A stretch of DNA of 25,672 bases, from positions 1 to 25,672 of the IMG/VR virus record IMGVR_UViG_3300020440_000076; one strand, 5' to 3'. The position numbers were made by a program, and so were the translations under genes. Each line of letters opens with the position of its first letter. Position 1 is the stretch's first letter. Below are positions 23,768 through 25,672 of this stretch, piece by piece. The DNA comes from a virus (lineage: Duplodnaviria; Caudoviricetes). The notes beneath the pieces were generated by a model that was given only the letters and a program-made list of their open reading frames with translations, did no database searches and was not told the origin of the DNA.

Positions 23768-25210
23768 TCAAGGTGTATCTTGAGATGCGTCATAGTCTGA
23801 ACTGTTACCGTCGAGCATAATTGACCAATTACCAGCGGTGTAAACGCCCTCATAACTTTTGATCCATTCAGACCCATTGAACTTGTATTGAATTCCAGTG
23901 TTTAAATTTGTTAGGTAGTGTTCTGTTGAGTCAGGATCAGACGCATCAAACACAATGCTCCAACTGTTAGATGATGAATTGTATTGAATCACATCATTTG
24001 CCCTTGCATGGAAATCCCCCCATGCACTTGCATCAAATGTATTGCTTGAATCTCCTAGGTCATTTATTAAAAGGTATCTAGTGCCATTTGCAAGATTAGA
24101 TGGTGGCGTAAAAGTTAATGGATTAATAATTTTTGTTACATTAGGTAGTGAAACTGTATTAGAGGGTATGGTATCACCGTCAATGTTAAAAACTAAAATT
24201 GTTTCATCTAATGGTGATACTGAAATTGTACCAACAACTTCATTGCCATTTGCTTGTTTTAGTCGCACCTGAGAGGTTCCGTTTTGTACTTTTCCATATT
24301 GATTCAATAAAATTTGCCAATTAAGTGGTGGACCAAATGTATCAAAAGGATCTAAATTAGTTGGTGCGTTCGCGCCTGTGTAAAAACCATCTCCTCCTGA
24401 TGTGACTTTTGTACCACTCGAGCCAATCAATCTTAACTGATTTCCTGTTAAAAATATTGCATATTGATTTGGCGTGATATAACTTCTCGATATTAAACTT
24501 CCATCTATTAATCCTTTGTTCATACCGCCGTCGTCATCATATATGCTCATAATAATTTTTTGTATCACTCCTAATTTTGATATTTTGACCGGAGGTGATA
24601 ACCAAATTGGCATACTAAATTGCAGTGATGCAACATCTATCTCTGTATCTGCACCAACAGGAATAGTTCTTGAACTAAAATTAACTCCGGTCAGTTCGAT
24701 ATAACTTAAACTTGTCCAGTCGATATAATTGTCTGATTTTTGAATTTCAAAATCCGGATTGAATAGATATAAAATTTGTTCCAAAATTTGTAACTTCATA
24801 TCTGTATTCGTTGTAAAAATATCTGCATTTACATTTAATCTAAACGGTGAAGGCATAACTTTCTCAACTGTGTATCCAGCACCCTGTTTGTCACTGTAAG
24901 TTCCGTCTGCTAGGACATCTCTTTCTTTTAAATGTTGCTTTTCTATATGGTAAGGATTTTGCATTCTTTCTCTGTCATAGTTTAATGCTGAAACATATGC
25001 GGCTATCCTTGGTGCAGATTGTAAAAAATTCTCTGAATTATTTTTGATTATATTTGCAACTTGCCTTGTCATGTCTCCGTATATCACAGGTACTTGACGT
25101 AGTTTAATTTCGCCTTCCTTCGTTTTACCTTCTTCTATAGAAAAGTTGCTTAAAACTCTAATAAATTGTGTTACAAATTTTCGTATCTGCCCTTCGTAAA
25201 AATGTAGCAT
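23768..25210 (-). CDS. gp15: Tail sheath stabiliser / tail completion protein, T4 gp15-like, with long C-terminal extension
   Basis: N-terminus HFYEGQIRKFVTQFIRVLSNF...VPVIYG, then PSPFRLNV...QILEQILYLFNPDF, resembling T4 gp15; 480 aa. Confidence 0.75.
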   Translation of the reverse strand: MLHFYEGQIRKFVTQFIRVLSNFSIEEGKTKEGEIKLRQVPVIYGDMTRQVANIIKNNSENFLQSAPRIAAYVSALNYDRERMQNPYHIEKQHLKERDVLADGTYSDKQGAGYTVEKVMPSPFRLNVNADIFTTNTDMKLQILEQILYLFNPDFEIQKSDNYIDWTSLSYIELTGVNFSSRTIPVGADTEIDVASLQFSMPIWLSPPVKISKLGVIQKIIMSIYDDDGGMNKGLIDGSLISRSYITPNQYAIFLTGNQLRLIGSSGTKVTSGGDGFYTGANAPTNLDPFDTFGPPLNWQILLNQYGKVQNGTSQVRLKQANGNEVVGTISVSPLDETILVFNIDGDTIPSNTVSLPNVTKIINPLTFTPPSNLANGTRYLLINDLGDSSNTFDASAWGDFHARANDVIQYNSSSNSWSIVFDASDPDSTEHYLTNLNTGIQYKFNGSEWIKSYEGVYTAGNWSIMLDGNSSDYDASQDTP

Positions 25211-25671
25211 TATTCATCTTCCTTAGGTTTAAGTGCATCAGTAAGTGACTGCCTTTGTTCTACAGTTAAACCGTTTATTGTTGATGTTGAACTATTATTA
25301 ATAAATTTAGTTTTGTAATTTCCTCTAGTATTATTATTTGTCATTGTTAATCTAACGGCGTCCTCTATTCTCACCCATCTATTACCGTCGTATCTAAACA
25401 ACCTGTTCGGCAAGAAATCTGTCCTTAAAACATAATCACCTTTGTTTACATTAGACTGAGGAAATTTAGTATCTGAGATTAATGGATGCCCATTTGGTGG
25501 CACACCATCGCCTTGGAATTGGAAACCATAGTGATGGCCTGCAGGCGTATCTAACTCTGCACTTACTTTTTTATCAGTTGAAACTGTATCACTTGTATTG
25601 TTTACAGTATCTAATCTTACATTGCCTCTCTCATCAATAGGGGCAACGTAGTATTGTTTGTAATTAAATCC
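25210..25671 (-). CDS. C-terminal part of a probable neck protein (gp14-like; start outside window)
   Basis: Frame is open to the window edge (GFNYKQYYVAPIDERG...GDGVPPNG...). TAATG coupling to the gp15-like gene; identity inferred from synteny. Confidence 0.5.
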   Translation of the reverse strand, partial: GFNYKQYYVAPIDERGNVRLDTVNNTSDTVSTDKKVSAELDTPAGHHYGFQFQGDGVPPNGHPLISDTKFPQSNVNKGDYVLRTDFLPNRLFRYDGNRWVRIEDAVRLTMTNNNTRGNYKTKFINNSSTSTINGLTVEQRQSLTDALKPKEDE

Positions 25672-25672
25672 T

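Noticed and set aside
1-25672. CRISPR array, rRNA, IS elements
   Set aside because: No regularly spaced direct repeats, rRNA-like sequence or transposase ORFs were seen.

Overview
AT-rich segment of a large tailed phage with a distantly T4-like head module. Its major capsid protein looks more like the large non-cyanophage T4-related myoviruses than T4 proper (recognised by eye). The + strand carries the end of a probable tape-measure-type gene, then portal (gp20), small and acidic prohead proteins, prohead protease (gp21), scaffold (gp22) and major capsid protein (gp23). About 15 kb of Ser/Thr/Gly-rich virion fibre or appendage genes follow, built from a shared set of shuffled modules. The - strand carries neck/tail-completion genes (gp14-like, gp15-like), a Nudix hydrolase and two small inverted islands. 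Most transcription units begin at a T4-late-type TAAATA box, and several mRNAs appear leaderless. The most striking feature is non-coding: a compact glutamine-I (glnA-motif) riboswitch at 20234-20293. It has a visible RBS/start-codon-sequestering alternative helix and controls an unknown 77-aa ORF in its own terminator/promoter-bounded cassette among the fibre genes. Further structured late 5' leaders (7993-8085, 20539-20599, 16788-16833, 19095-19112) suggest RNA-level control of virion appendage genes. Two Maf/DUF115-like paralogs and an SGNH protein in the morphogenesis cluster hint at virion glycosylation. All family assignments come from motif recognition by eye; no searches were run.
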